Made by a program: the position numbers and the translations under genes. DNA of 64,000 bases. Origin: Acidobacteriota bacterium. Lineage in GTDB: Bacteria > Acidobacteriota > UBA6911 > RPQK01 > CBDEGM01. Numbering within the stretch: the first letter of the stretch is position 1; every line of letters starts with the position of its first letter. The stretch is taken from assembly GCA_965237715.1 (NCBI GenBank), contig CBDEGM010000002.1:422-64421 (forward strand), given 5' to 3'. This document shows positions 28,931 to 39,550 of the stretch, piece after piece. The notes beneath the pieces are model-generated. The model had not been told where the DNA came from, made no database searches, and saw only the letters and a program-made list of their open reading frames with translations.

Positions 28931-29396
28931 TCTAGACTTGTCGGGAGGGGCCTGGGTGTTTCTGATTGTGCTGATCGGGATCTTTGCCGGTCTGGGAGTT
29001 CTCAATACCATGATGATGGCGGTATTTGAGAGGACGCACGAAATCGGGATGCTGAGTTCCCTGGGCATGAATCCGCTGCGGATTCTATCTACCTTCCTGG
29101 TGGAAAGTAGCTTCCTGGGACTTCTGGGACTCGCCGTCGGGTTCCTCCTGAGCGCGGTTTTCATGGATCATCTGGCCAGCGAAGGCCTGGACCTGACGCG
29201 CTGGATGGGCGAATTTTCCATGTTGGAAACTCGGATGGATCCGGTTCTGAAGGCCATCTGGGCCTGGGAGCAGGTCCTGCGGGGAGCTTTTGGTCTCATG
29301 GTGGCCGTCTGGGTGGCCACTCTGCTTCCCGCCCGGCGTGCGGCCCGGATGAACGCAGTAGAGGCCCTGCGAGCACCTGCGGAGGGAGGCGAATGA
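28931..29396 (+). pseudogene. FtsX/LolE-like ABC permease 1, C-terminal part
   Basis: Continues GLDLSGGAWVFLIVLIGIFAGLGVLNTMMMAVFERTHEIGMLSSLGM.. (FtsX domain). It joins in frame to ..KDYL at 25639. Confidence 0.85.
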
Positions 29397-30012
29397 TTCT
29401 CAGGATCGCCTGGCGAAATCTCTGGCGGCGTGCTCGCCGAACCTGGCTGACCGTCTCCACTGTATCGCTCGGTTTGGCCTTGCTTCTGATGAGTGTGGGT
29501 CTGGGGGATGGAAGTCATCGGCAAATGATTGATACGGCAGTAAGCATGGGGTCGGGTCATGTTCTGATCCAATCAGTCGGCTACCAGGAAACGGTCGAAA
29601 TCGAACGATTCCTTACACCGGATCAGCTTCGCTCGGTGGAAGAATGGATTGAAGGGCAGAAGGATCGGTTCCCGATGCGCGCCCACCTGCAGCGAGTCTT
29701 TGCATCCGGAGTAGCCTCCTCTTCTGACGGCTCCAGTGGCGTTCAGATCATCGGAACCGACGCCGAGACGGAAGCCCTTGTCTCCCTCTTTGACGAAAAC
29801 CTGGTTGCGGGGAGGTTTCTCTCCCCAGAGGATGAGAATCAGGTCATTCTGGGTGAGGGAGTCGCTCGTAAGTTGGAGCTGGAACCGGGCGAAAAGATGG
29901 TCCTCATGGCTCAGGGAGCGCAGGGAGCGGAGATCCAGTCGGCTCTCATGCGGGTGGCCGGGATCATTCGCTCCGGTCAGGAACAGGTGGACCAGGCGTT
30001 TGTGCTGATGCC
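29393..30012 (+). pseudogene. FtsX/LolE-like ABC permease 2, N-terminal part (interrupted)
   Basis: MILRIAWRNLWRRARRTW... ATGA overlap with permease 1. Cut after ..AFVLMP by IS256 copy B. Confidence 0.85.
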
Positions 30013-31100
30013 GAGGCTGCCCCAAACTCAGTTGAAAGTGAAGGGCGGTTCAGGTTGAGCACGATCTTAAGCCACCTTTCGTTTGGCGTCCATAGAAACC
30101 TCGTCTCTGAGTTTGGCTTTCAGCATCCAGAGGTCCTGGTAGCCCTGGATGCGCCGGAAGTTCTTCTCCGTCTCCAGGAAGGCTGAGGCGGCCCAGCGCA
30201 GCACCATCTGGCTATCTTTCCAGCGGCTCACTCGGCGGGTCCGCATCCTCACGCCAGAGTGAGGGCTTTCAATCAGGTTGGTGCTGGCCAGACACAAGCG
30301 CAGGGAGGAAGACAACTCGAGTCGATTGATGGTGAAGGTCTCTTCCAGACCTTCTCGCAGGCTAGCTGCCGCATCGGGATGCAGCCCTTCGAGCCACTCC
30401 GCCTGCTTTCTGAGCCGAACCCTCCCTTCTTCCCAGGGCAGCCGATAAGCAGCCTGCATCACTGACTTGACTTGCTCGGCCAGATCGTCCGGCAATCGAT
30501 CGCACACGTTGCGAATCTTATGACGACGACATCTCTGCACCGGACTGCCCTTGCCAAAGACCTTGTCAATGGCACATCGCAGGGCCCTGGAGCCGTCAAT
30601 CACAAACAGATAGCGTCGCCCGGAATCCAGGCCTCGCTCCACCAGGTCTTCCAGCAAGGAGGTAGCGGTGGCGGCGTTTTCACTGGCCCCTTCCCGCAGC
30701 CCCAGCACGTGCTTTTGGCCCTCCGAGTCCACGCCGACGGCACAGATCACGTGGTGCTCGCCAAAGACCAGGCCGTCGATGTAGATGATCAGAAACTCAA
30801 CGTCATCAAAGTGTCGCTCGGCCAGCTGCTCCAGCTGCTGGCCGCTCTGCTCAATGAACTGACGGCTCACGGACGATTTGCTGACTCCCACCGTGTCGGC
30901 CATCTGGGGGATCACGCGGCTGTAGTGGCGCGTGGAAACGTTGCACATCAAGATCTCCAGCATGCGGCTGCCCAGCTCCCCGTTACGGTTGATCGCCTCA
31001 TAGGCGGGGATCTCCACCTCCCCGCCTCGACCTTGGCCTTTCTTGCGCAGCCGTGGCTTTCGAACCCGCACTTGCCGCTCCGAAAGTCTGACTCGCCCTA

Positions 31101-32330
31101 GTACACTGTCAGCATTGTTTTTATTAGTCAGAGGCAGAGCGTAAAAGCTCGTCTTGAGAGGCCTTGGTTCGATAACCTAGGAGGATCAAGATGAGCAAGA
31201 GATATGTGGTCCGACTTAGTGAGGAAGAACGCAAGGAGTTGCAGAGTCTGGTCAAGAAAGGGACAGTGAAGGCCTACCGGGTCAAGCACGCTAATATCCT
31301 GTTGAAGGCGGATGCCAACGGCCCTGGATGGACGGACGAGAAGATCGCAGAAGCGTTTGGGTGCCACTTCAATACAGTGGTGCAGGTTCGTCGGCGTTTG
31401 GTGGAAGAGGGACTGGAGCGGGCCTTGGGCCGCAAGAAGCAACAGCGACTCTCGCGAGAGAAGTCACTGGACGGAGAGCAAGAGGCGCAAATGATCGCAC
31501 TCAGTTGCGGCCCGCCACCGGAAGGACGAGCCCGCTGGACGCTGCGACTGCTCAGCCAACGGCTGGTGGAGATGGAGATCGTGGAGACGATCAGCCACGA
31601 AACGGTGCGCCAGGCTTTAAAAAAACGTCCTCAAACCGCACTTGAGGAAGTGTTGGGTGATCCCGCCCCGGCAGAATGCGGACTTCGTGGCCCATATGGA
31701 AGACGTTCTGGAAGTTTACAAGCGTCCCTTGGATGGGAAATATCCGGTGGTGTGCATGGACGAGCAGCCGCAGCAGTTGATTGGAGAAACTCGCCAGCCG
31801 ATCCCGCTCGGAGGGGGACGGGTCGAGCGCTACGATTACGAATATGAGAGATGTGGGACGGCGGCCCTGTTTTTGTTCGTTCAACCTCTGGCGGCCTGGC
31901 GCAAAGTGAGCGTGCGCGAGCAGCGGACCAAGGTGGATTGGGCACGGGAGATTCAGCAGCTCCTGGAAGAGGATTTTCCAGATGCGGCCCGGGTCATCCT
32001 GGTGTGTGACAACCTCAACACGCACAAGGCGGGCTCGCTCTACGAGGCCTTTGAGCCTCAAAAAGCTCGCCGCTTGGCGGAGCGGCTCCGGATTCACTAC
32101 ACCCCCAAGCATGGCAGTTGGTTGAACGTGGCGGAAATCGAGCTGAGCGCGTTGAGCCGGCAATGCCTAGATCGTCGCATCCCAACTCGCCAGCAACTCA
32201 CCCGCCACACCCAGGCGTGGTGGGAAGATCGCAATCGAATGCAAATCGGAGTAGATTGGCAGTTTAGGATCGAGGATGCTCGCGTCAAGCTCAAGCACCT
32301 CTACCCACAATATCTAAGCTGACAAGGTAC
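31101..32330 (+). mobile_element. IS630/Tc1-mariner-family insertion sequence
   Basis: Imperfect terminal repeats GTACACTGTCAGC.. and ..GCTGACAAGGTAC, flanked by a TA duplication (31099-31100 and 32331-32332). Confidence 0.88.
31191..32322 (+). CDS. IS630-family transposase, two frames joined at an A7 run
   Basis: ORF1 ends ..VRQALKK. The continuation NVLKPHLRKCWVIPPRQNADF.. (the typical IS630 KKN.LKP....W.IP block) is in the +1 frame. The switch must lie between the TAA at 31618-31620 and the run AAAAAAA at 31619-31625. Confidence 0.8.
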
Positions 32331-32678
32331 TAGCTGAGTGCCGTACCAAACGATCTGCTTGCCTGGGCGCCCTTGTTGCTTTTCGCCGGCGACACTTCGG
32401 GCAGAAAGCTGCAAGACCGCTTCCATGCTCGCTCGCCCCAGGATGTCGATCAACTCGTCAATGGCCATCCGGGAGGCTTCGATCAGCTCCACCATCGGGA
32501 GCAACAGTTGCCCGTTCTGGGCCAGATAATCAGCCAGCCCCTGACTGTTCTTCCGGGTGACAATTCGATATGATTTCTTCATGGCGGTTCCTCCTTAAAA
32601 GGTTGTTGACCAACCCGATTCTAACGAGTCGGTCGGACGAACCGCCTCTCAACTTTCAACTAAACCCGGGACAGTCTC

Positions 32679-33308
32679 CTGATGCCGCTTCATGCAGCCC
32701 AGGAGTTTCTCGGACTTGGCAAGTCGGCTCACCAGGTAGCAGTTTTCCTTATTGATGATGCCCCCTCCGAAGCCCTGACCGCTTTGGGAAAAGGGACGCT
32801 TTCCGACCTGGAAGTGCTGCACTGGAGTGAGGCACTCCCGGAGTTGCGGGATTTCATCCGGCTCGATGACGGGGGAAACTACGTTTTTTACGTCTTCATC
32901 TTTCTGCTGGTTGCTTTCACCGTATTGAACACGCTTCTGATGTCGGTTCTGGAACGTACTCGAGAATTGGCTCTGCTGGATGCCTTGGGGCTGACTCCGG
33001 CAAAGCGCGCCGCCATGGTGATGCTGGAGGCCTGTTTCATTGCTCTTCTTTCTGTACTTGCTGGTGGTGTCCTGGGATACTCGGTTCACCTCTATCTGCA
33101 TACCCACGGGCTGCGCCTCGATACCTTTTATTCCGGTGACATTTCGGCCGCAGGGGTTACCTTCGATCCGGTTCTTTACTCTGACCTCTCCTGGGGTCGT
33201 CTCATCGGATCCGTTCTGCTGGTGTTTGGCCTGACGATTCTGTTGGGTTTGGTACCCGCCCTGCGGGCTGCTCGGGCCGGAAACGTCCACGTGCTGGGTC
33301 ACGTTTAG
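32679..33308 (+). pseudogene. FtsX/LolE-like ABC permease 2, C-terminal part
   Basis: ..LMPLHAAQEFLGL...FIFLLVAFTVLNTLLMSVLERTRELALLDALGL.. (FtsX domain). The last base of its TAG stop is the first base of the MITE. Confidence 0.85.
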
Positions 33309-33577
33309 TACTCCCTTTCATAAATACGGTAACATTTGCGGATGGGGCTTGCGAGGCGAGGTCGCGAAGAGAGGAGGAGGCGATGCTCCAGCATCGTCGA
33401 CGACGAACGACAAAGAGATCGCCCGCAATCCCCATCCGCCCAAAGGGTTGGGGCGGGACGGGCCCATCTCTTTGTTGCTCCTCCTCGCCGATGTCTCGAC
33501 ATCGACTCGTCGTCGCGCCTCGATCTGGTCTCCGTCGCGCTCCCAACAAATGTTACCGTATTTATGAAAGGGAGTAC
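33308..33577. mobile_element. 270-bp MITE with perfect 31-bp terminal inverted repeats
   Basis: GTACTCCCTTTCATAAATACGGTAACATTTG at 33308-33338 and its exact reverse complement at 33547-33577. TTA (or TA) duplication on each side. The interior is largely self-complementary. Confidence 0.85.
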
Positions 33578-33584
33578 TTAGCCG

Positions 33585-34298
33585 ATGTCGGAAAAGCCTG
33601 TCTTACAGATGTACGGAGTCTCACGGATCTACGGGCAGGGTGAACACCTGGTGCGAGCCTTGGACAATGTGGACCTGCAGCTGGAGAGGGGCGAGTTTGT
33701 TGCGGTCGCCGGCCCCTCCGGCTCAGGAAAGACGACCCTTCTCAACGTTGCCGCAGGGTTGGACCAGCCCACCCAGGGCCAGGTCTGGATCAGTGGGCAG
33801 GAGCTCGGTGGAATGACCAGAAGTCAACTGGCTCGACTGCGCCTGCATAAGATCGGCTCCGTCTTTCAGGCCCACAATCTGGTCCCGGTTTTGACTGCGG
33901 AGGAGAATGCTGAATTCATTCTCCTGCTGAGGGGCGTCCCAGCCAGAGAACGAAAATCCAGAGTCGGGGCTATTTTGGCGGAGGTGGGCCTGGAAAAGAT
34001 GGAAGGCCGGAAACCTGCTGAGCTTTCCGGTGGCCAACAGCAAAGAGTCGCTGTCGCCAGAGCCATAGTGGCGGAACCGGATCTGGTCCTGGCCGATGAA
34101 CCCACAGCCAATCTGGACAGCCAGACCGCCTTTGCTCTGCTCGATCTGATGGAAAAGCTCAATCGAGAGCGGGGCACCACTTTTCTCTTCTCAACCCATG
34201 ATCCCAGAGTGATGAGTCGGGCCAGGCGGATCATCCACTTGCTCGATGGCCGCGCCGACAAAGACAGGGCCGTGCTACAACGGCCGAACCCTCAATGA
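33585..34298 (+). CDS. ABC transporter ATP-binding protein (LolD/MacB-type)
   Basis: Walker A GPSGSGKTT, Q-loop, signature LSGGQQQRVAVARA, Walker B LVLADEPT. Confidence 0.95.
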   Translation: MSEKPVLQMYGVSRIYGQGEHLVRALDNVDLQLERGEFVAVAGPSGSGKTTLLNVAAGLDQPTQGQVWISGQELGGMTRSQLARLRLHKIGSVFQAHNLVPVLTAEENAEFILLLRGVPARERKSRVGAILAEVGLEKMEGRKPAELSGGQQQRVAVARAIVAEPDLVLADEPTANLDSQTAFALLDLMEKLNRERGTTFLFSTHDPRVMSRARRIIHLLDGRADKDRAVLQRPNPQ

Positions 34299-34328
34299 GT
34301 TCGCGTCCGCCCACCTTTTCTCCTCACG

Positions 34329-35480
34329 GTGCTCTTATGCACTGCCCGTCTTGACGCCCAGGACTGGAAACTGGGTGCATCCATCAGAGAATACCAGTTC
34401 TTACGTTTCGAGGACCTTCCCTTCCAACAGCGGCGGGATTCCGAGTTATGGATTCTGCGGGTAACCCATCAAAGTAGATGGGCACCAAACATCACGTTCG
34501 AGGCGCATGGTGTGCTGGGCTTCCTCTCCCCTCCATTTGCTGGAGTATCACGCCTGGCCGTGGCGGAAGCACGATCCTTTCTCCCCCTGGACCAAATCTT
34601 TTTCCAAAATGCTGAAGCGGCCCTGGTTGGAAACTTTGATCGGCTCAATCTGAGCTTTGATTTTGACCGGGCCAGGGTGGTTGTGGGTCGCCAGCCAATC
34701 AGCTGGGGGGTCAGCTTCTTCTGGCCTGCACTTGATCTGTTCGCTCCCTTCGGCCCCCGGCAAATTGATCGGGACTATAAAGCGGGAGTCGATGCCGTGA
34801 GGGTCATCGTTTTCCTTGGGCCCTTCTCCGAGTTCGAGATGATTGGCTCCGTGCTGGGTTCTTCCGCTGGCAGAGATGGTGCCCTGAGGTCACTTCTTCG
34901 CCTGAACCTCGGAACGGTGGATGTCGGTTTCATGGGTGGGACGTTTCATGAGGATATTGTCCTTGGTGGCTTCTTCACGTCCAATCTACGGGGAACGGGT
35001 CTGAAAGGCGAACTGGGCTGGACAGAATCCGGGGATCCTGAGGATCTTCTACGGAACCGTGAGCGATTCTGGCGCGGTTCTTTGGGTGTTATCCGACAGC
35101 TGAGCCCGAGCACCTCGCTGACTCTGGAGATGGCCTGGAATGGATTTGGAAGCAGCGACCCTGCCCATTACCTCCTCCTGCTTCAGGCGGATCGCGTTCT
35201 GCGAGGCGAGGTTAACGCTCTTGGTCAAATCTACTCGGGAATCTCCTTGAACCGGCAGTTACATCCCCTTCTCGTGCTGGGCAATACCCTCCTGGTAAAC
35301 TGGAACGACCCATCCGCTCTGTGGATCCCTTCCCTGAATTGGTCGCTCGGGAACAATGCAGAAGCTCTATTCGGTGTCCAAATTGGAATGGGCCGGAGCC
35401 TGAGTGATGAGGGAATTCCTCGCAGCGAATACGGGTCCCTAGCCAGCACCTTGATCCTCAGCCTCAAAGGATATTTCTAA
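34329..35480 (+). CDS. Hypothetical outer-membrane/secreted protein, start probably disrupted
   Basis: 383-aa ORF from GTG. The ATG at 34295 overlaps the ATPase stop (ATGA). It would give a canonical signal peptide, MSSRPPTFLLTVLLCTARLDA|QDW, if one T of the TTTT run at 34316-34319 were removed. Confidence 0.5.
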   Translation: MLLCTARLDAQDWKLGASIREYQFLRFEDLPFQQRRDSELWILRVTHQSRWAPNITFEAHGVLGFLSPPFAGVSRLAVAEARSFLPLDQIFFQNAEAALVGNFDRLNLSFDFDRARVVVGRQPISWGVSFFWPALDLFAPFGPRQIDRDYKAGVDAVRVIVFLGPFSEFEMIGSVLGSSAGRDGALRSLLRLNLGTVDVGFMGGTFHEDIVLGGFFTSNLRGTGLKGELGWTESGDPEDLLRNRERFWRGSLGVIRQLSPSTSLTLEMAWNGFGSSDPAHYLLLLQADRVLRGEVNALGQIYSGISLNRQLHPLLVLGNTLLVNWNDPSALWIPSLNWSLGNNAEALFGVQIGMGRSLSDEGIPRSEYGSLASTLILSLKGYF

Positions 35481-36870
35481 GATAAATCCTAACCTGCATT
35501 TCTCACCGATAAACTAAAAAAGACAGCCCTTCGTGCTAAAAAGTCTTTATGAATGAACAACTTAAAGGCACGAAGGAAGCTGTCTTGTACGCCACAGAGT
35601 GTACTCCACAGGTCTGCCAATTTCAAAGCTTAAATGGTCGTCAGGTGGTCGGTCAGTTCAACGGAGGGAAGGTCACTTCCGATGGCGGGGGATTGCTTTT
35701 ACGGGAGGTGGAAAAACGGACCGGCATCCTGAGAAGCTTTGCCGAATGTTTTCGGGATGCACGGGCCCCCCGCTTGATCGAGCACAGCAAAGAAGAGTTG
35801 ATTCGCCAGCGGGTCTACGGGTTGGCACTCGGGTACGAGGATCTGAACGATCATGACGAATTGCGTGAAGATTTTCTCCTGGCCACGATGGTGGAAAAGG
35901 AGGATCCGACGGGTGAGAGTCGGCGCTGTAAAGAGGATCGGGGCAAGCCGCTGGCGGGCAAAAGTACCCTGAATCGTCTGGAGTTGTCTCCAAAGGCGGG
36001 CCAGGATCCCTACAAAAAAATCGCGGTGGACCCGGAGGCGGTGGAACGCTGCCTGGTGAAGATTTTTCTGGAGAGCCGCCGACGAGCTCCGAAACGGATT
36101 ATTCTGGATTTTGATGCACCGATGATCCAGTGCATGGGGAGCAAGAAGGGCGTTTTTTCCACGGCTATTACAACTGTTATTGTTACTTGCCCTTGTACGT
36201 GTTCTGCGAGGGATTTTGCTTGCATGCGCAGTTGAGGTCTTCGAACATCGATGCCTCGGAGGGGGCGGTAGAGGTGCTGAAACGGATGGTGGCACAGATT
36301 CGCGAGCGCTGGCCGAAGGTGAAGATCCTGGTGCGAGGCGATTCGAGTTTTGCCCGCGAGGAGATCATGGCCTGGTGTGAAGCGAACCAGGTTGACTACG
36401 TGTTGGGCTTGGCCAAAAATGCGCGGCTGATTCGCCAGATCCAACCCGAACTGGAGCAAGCCCGGCAAAGATACGAACGGAGGAAGCGGGGGAGTCGCGT
36501 CTTTACCAAGTTTGAGTATCAGACCTTACAGTCCTGGAGCCGGGCGCGTCGCGTGGTGGCCAAGGCCGAGCATTTGGGGCGTGTTAATGCTCACTGAGAA
36601 CCGTAGTTTTTTGGACACCCGCCGGTAGTTAACTCAACATCATCCGCACCGCAGGTGCGCGTTTCATCATCCGCGCTTGAAAAGCGCGGGGCCATTTTTC
36701 CTGAACAGTTGGTGTAGTGTCTGGGGGCCAAAGGTGGAAAGGACCTCGACCCTTTGACCGAGAATCGAGGTCCGGTTGTGGCAACCCCGTTACAAGTGGA
36801 GAACCACCGCAGACTTCATTGTAGCCTGTCATGATCCTGGGCTGTTGTCCAGTTCCGCCGGGACTGGACT

Positions 36871-37314
36871 ATGGCCGATCCGCTGGTTGTTTTCCGCCTC
36901 CGCTCGTGCCGCGCTGCAGGCTGCGGTGCACTGTTTTGGATCTGTCGCCGTTGCGGCCGAGGCCATCGCTATTGCAGTGTGCGCTGTCGGCAACAAGCGC
37001 GCCGCCAGCAGTGCCGGGAAGCCAATCGGCGGCATCAACAGTCCCCCGGGGGGCGACTGGATCATCGAGACCGTCAGCGCGCGTATCGGCGGCGGCCGGA
37101 GCGCGTGACGGATCAAGGTAGACGCGAGGATCGCATCTTCGTCAGCATGGCTGCCGTAGCCTCCCTCCAGTTCTCCCTGCCGGGAAAGGAGGGGGAGCCT
37201 CGAAAGGAGCGCCATGTCCCATCCCATGGGGAGCGTCCCCGCCGTTTTCGGGTTCGCTGTGTCGTGTGTGGTCGGTCCGGCCACTGGATCCATCTGTTTC
37301 GGGAAGGAGGGTGA
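36871..37314 (+). CDS. Cys-rich (zinc-ribbon-like) accessory ORF upstream of istA
   Basis: 147 aa. Contains CRAAGCGALFWICRRCGRGHRYCSVRC plus a C-terminal CVVCGRSGH. Its stop lies 3 nt before the istA ATG. Confidence 0.55.
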   Translation: MADPLVVFRLRSCRAAGCGALFWICRRCGRGHRYCSVRCRQQARRQQCREANRRHQQSPGGRLDHRDRQRAYRRRPERVTDQGRREDRIFVSMAAVASLQFSLPGKEGEPRKERHVPSHGERPRRFRVRCVVCGRSGHWIHLFREGG

Positions 37315-37317
37315 AGC

Positions 37318-38802
37318 ATGATCGATCGAGAACTGCTCGCCCGAATCCGCCATCTTTTCCATGCCGAACATTGGAAGATCGGGACCATTGCTGATCACTT
37401 GGGGCTTCACTGGGAGACCGTGCGCCAGGCTCTCCAGACCGATCGCTTCAATCGCCAGAAGATGGAACGGCCCCGTCTGACCGATCCCTACCTTCCCTTT
37501 ATCCGAGAGACCCTGGAGCGCTACCCTCGGCTTCGTGTCACGCGTCTGTTCGAGATGCTGCGCGCCCGGGGCTACACGGGCTCGGTCGTGCAGTTGCGGC
37601 GCGTGGTGGCCACGCTGCGCCCCACCCCTCGGGAGGCCTTCCTGCGTCTGCGGACCTTCCCGGGGGAGGCGGGTCAAGCCGACTGGGCGCACTTCGGTAA
37701 AGTCCGGGTGGGCCGTGCCGAGCGCATCCTGTCCTGCTTTGTGTTCACCCCCTCCTATTCGCGGGCGCTGTTTCTGGAGTTTTGTTTTGACCAGCAAATG
37801 GAAAACTTCCTGCGCGCTCACATCCACGCCTTCGAAGACATCGGTTGTCCACGCACCATCCTGTACGACAACACCAAAAGCGTCGTGTTGGAACGTCGGG
37901 GCGAGGCTGTTCACTTTCATCCGCGCCTGTTGGAGCTGGCCGCCCATTATCACTTTGCGCCACGCCCCTGCCACCCCTACCGGGCTTCCGAGAAAGGGCG
38001 CGTCGAAAGAGCCATCTCCTATGTGCGCCATTCCTTCTTCGCCGCCCGTCCCTTTAGCACGCTCTCAGACTTCAACCGTCAAGCGCTCCTCTGGCGCGAC
38101 CAGGTAGCGCATCGTCGGCCCTGGCCCGGCGGCGATGGGCGCACCGTCGAGGAAGTGTGGGAGGAAGAAAAAGCCTTCCTTCTTCCCTTGCCGGCTCATC
38201 GCCTGGAAACCGATCTGGTTCTGCCGGTCCGCTCCCGCAAAACCATCTACATCCGTTTTGATTTAAACGACTATTCGATCCCGCCTTCGGCCGTGGGCCG
38301 GCCCCTGACACTGGTGGCCTCCGAGCAGACGGTGCGCATTTTGGACGGAAGCACCGAGATCGCCCGCCATCTCCGCTCCTATGACCGCCACGACGTCCGC
38401 ACCGATCCGGCTCACCAGGAAGCGCTGCTGGCGGAAAAACGCCAGGCGCTGGGGGCCACCCCCGGTGGCCGACTGCTGGCCGCCGTTCCGGAAACGGAAA
38501 CCTTGCTGGACGAGGCCTTTCAGCGCGGAGAGCCCACCGGCCGCCAGACGGCCAAGCTGGTGGAACTCTTGGATCTCTATGGGGCCGAAGAGCTGCAGGC
38601 GGCGGTGCGTGAAGCCCTGCAACGGGGCACCCCGCGCGCCGCCTCGGTGGCCTTTCTGCTGGGCCGGCGCCAGCGCGCTCAGGGGCGAAAGGCGCCTCTA
38701 CCCATTGAGTTGCGCCAGCGTCCCGAACTGGAGGACCTCTATGTCCAATCCCATAACCCGGAGACCTATGACGAACTGGCTTCCGATGACGACGAATCCT
38801 GA
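37318..38802 (+). CDS. istA: IS21-family transposase IstA
   Basis: 494 aa with an N-terminal HTH and a DDE region (..[12 protein letters not shown].., ..[10 protein letters not shown].., ..[14 protein letters not shown]..). Confidence 0.93.
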   Translation: MIDRELLARIRHLFHAEHWKIGTIADHLGLHWETVRQALQTDRFNRQKMERPRLTDPYLPFIRETLERYPRLRVTRLFEMLRARGYTGSVVQLRRVVATLRPTPREAFLRLRTFPGEAGQADWAHFGKVRVGRAERILSCFVFTPSYSRALFLEFCFDQQMENFLRAHIHAFEDIGCPRTILYDNTKSVVLERRGEAVHFHPRLLELAAHYHFAPRPCHPYRASEKGRVERAISYVRHSFFAARPFSTLSDFNRQALLWRDQVAHRRPWPGGDGRTVEEVWEEEKAFLLPLPAHRLETDLVLPVRSRKTIYIRFDLNDYSIPPSAVGRPLTLVASEQTVRILDGSTEIARHLRSYDRHDVRTDPAHQEALLAEKRQALGATPGGRLLAAVPETETLLDEAFQRGEPTGRQTAKLVELLDLYGAEELQAAVREALQRGTPRAASVAFLLGRRQRAQGRKAPLPIELRQRPELEDLYVQSHNPETYDELASDDDES

Positions 38803-39550
38803 TCTGATGCAGCTTTTGCACAAGACCGGTCTGGTGACGCTCGCCGGTGAGCTGGAGGATTTTCTGGCCCGCGCCACCAAGGGGCGCTGGTCCCCCCGTC
38901 AGATCTTGGAGGAACTGGCTCGTCGGGAGCATGAGGAGCGAGCCCAACGCAGTCTCAAGCGGCGTCTGCGCCTGGCCAAGATCGGCCGCTTCAGGCCGAT
39001 GGATGACTTTGACTGGAACTGGCCGACCCGGATCGACCGGGAAGTCATTGAGCGCGCCTTTACCCTGGACTTTATCCAGGAAGGCCGCAACCTCATCTTA
39101 CTGGGTACCAACGGCCTGGGAAAAACCATGATCATCAAGAATCTGGCTTACCAGTCCGTCCTGGCCGGCTACTCTGTGCTCTTTCGAACCGCCCCGGAGA
39201 TTCTCGACGACCTGCAATCGGAGGCGCCGGAACTGTAGCGCCGCAAGCTGAAAAAATACGCGCGCGCGCAGGTGCTCTACCTCGATGAAGTCGGCTGTCT
39301 CACCTACGACAGTGAGGCCGCCGACCTGCTCCATGAAATCGTCAACCGGCGCTATGAGTGCCGGTCGCTCGTGCTGACCTCCAACAAAGCCTTTAAGGAG
39401 TGGAATAGCGTCTTTCCCCAATCCGGCTGCTTGATTGCGCTTCTGGACCGTCTCACCCACCATGCTGACGTCACTGTGATGGAGGGGCAAAGCTACCGCG
39501 TGCGGGAAAGCGAGCAGGAAGCGGCCGCCCGTCGCAAGAAAACAAGATGA
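38786..39550 (+). pseudogene. istB: IS21 helper ATPase IstB with an in-frame TAG
   Basis: Walker A GTNGLGKT and Walker B LYLDEVG. Codon 39236-39238 is TAG where copy 2 has CAG (..APEL*RRKL versus ..APELQRRKL). Confidence 0.85.

Larger units (their letters stand above)
30067..32582 (-). pseudogene. IS256-family transposase split by IS630
   Basis: The C-terminal 334 codons (30067-31071 ORF) and the N-terminal 93 codons (32301-32582 ORF) match copy A. They are separated by the 1230-bp insertion. Confidence 0.9.
30013..32678 (-). mobile_element. IS256-family insertion sequence, copy B, itself carrying an IS630 insertion
   Basis: Same terminal repeats as copy A. 8-bp target duplication CTGATGCC at 30005-30012 and 32679-32686. 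Confidence 0.9.

Noticed and set aside
31591-32163. 190-aa ORF on the minus strand inside IS630
   Set aside because: It is antisense to the IS630 transposase, whose two frames have clear family motifs.
36829-38031. 400-aa ORF (and its twin at 61159-62361) antisense to the IS21 Cys-rich ORF and istA
   Set aside because: It lies opposite a well-supported transposase gene. It has a Gly/Pro/Ala/Arg-rich junk composition typical of antisense frames in GC-rich DNA, and no motifs.
38072-38947. 291-aa Pro/Arg/Gly-rich ORF (and its twin at 62402-63277)
   Set aside because: It is antisense to istA/istB and has extreme low-complexity composition.
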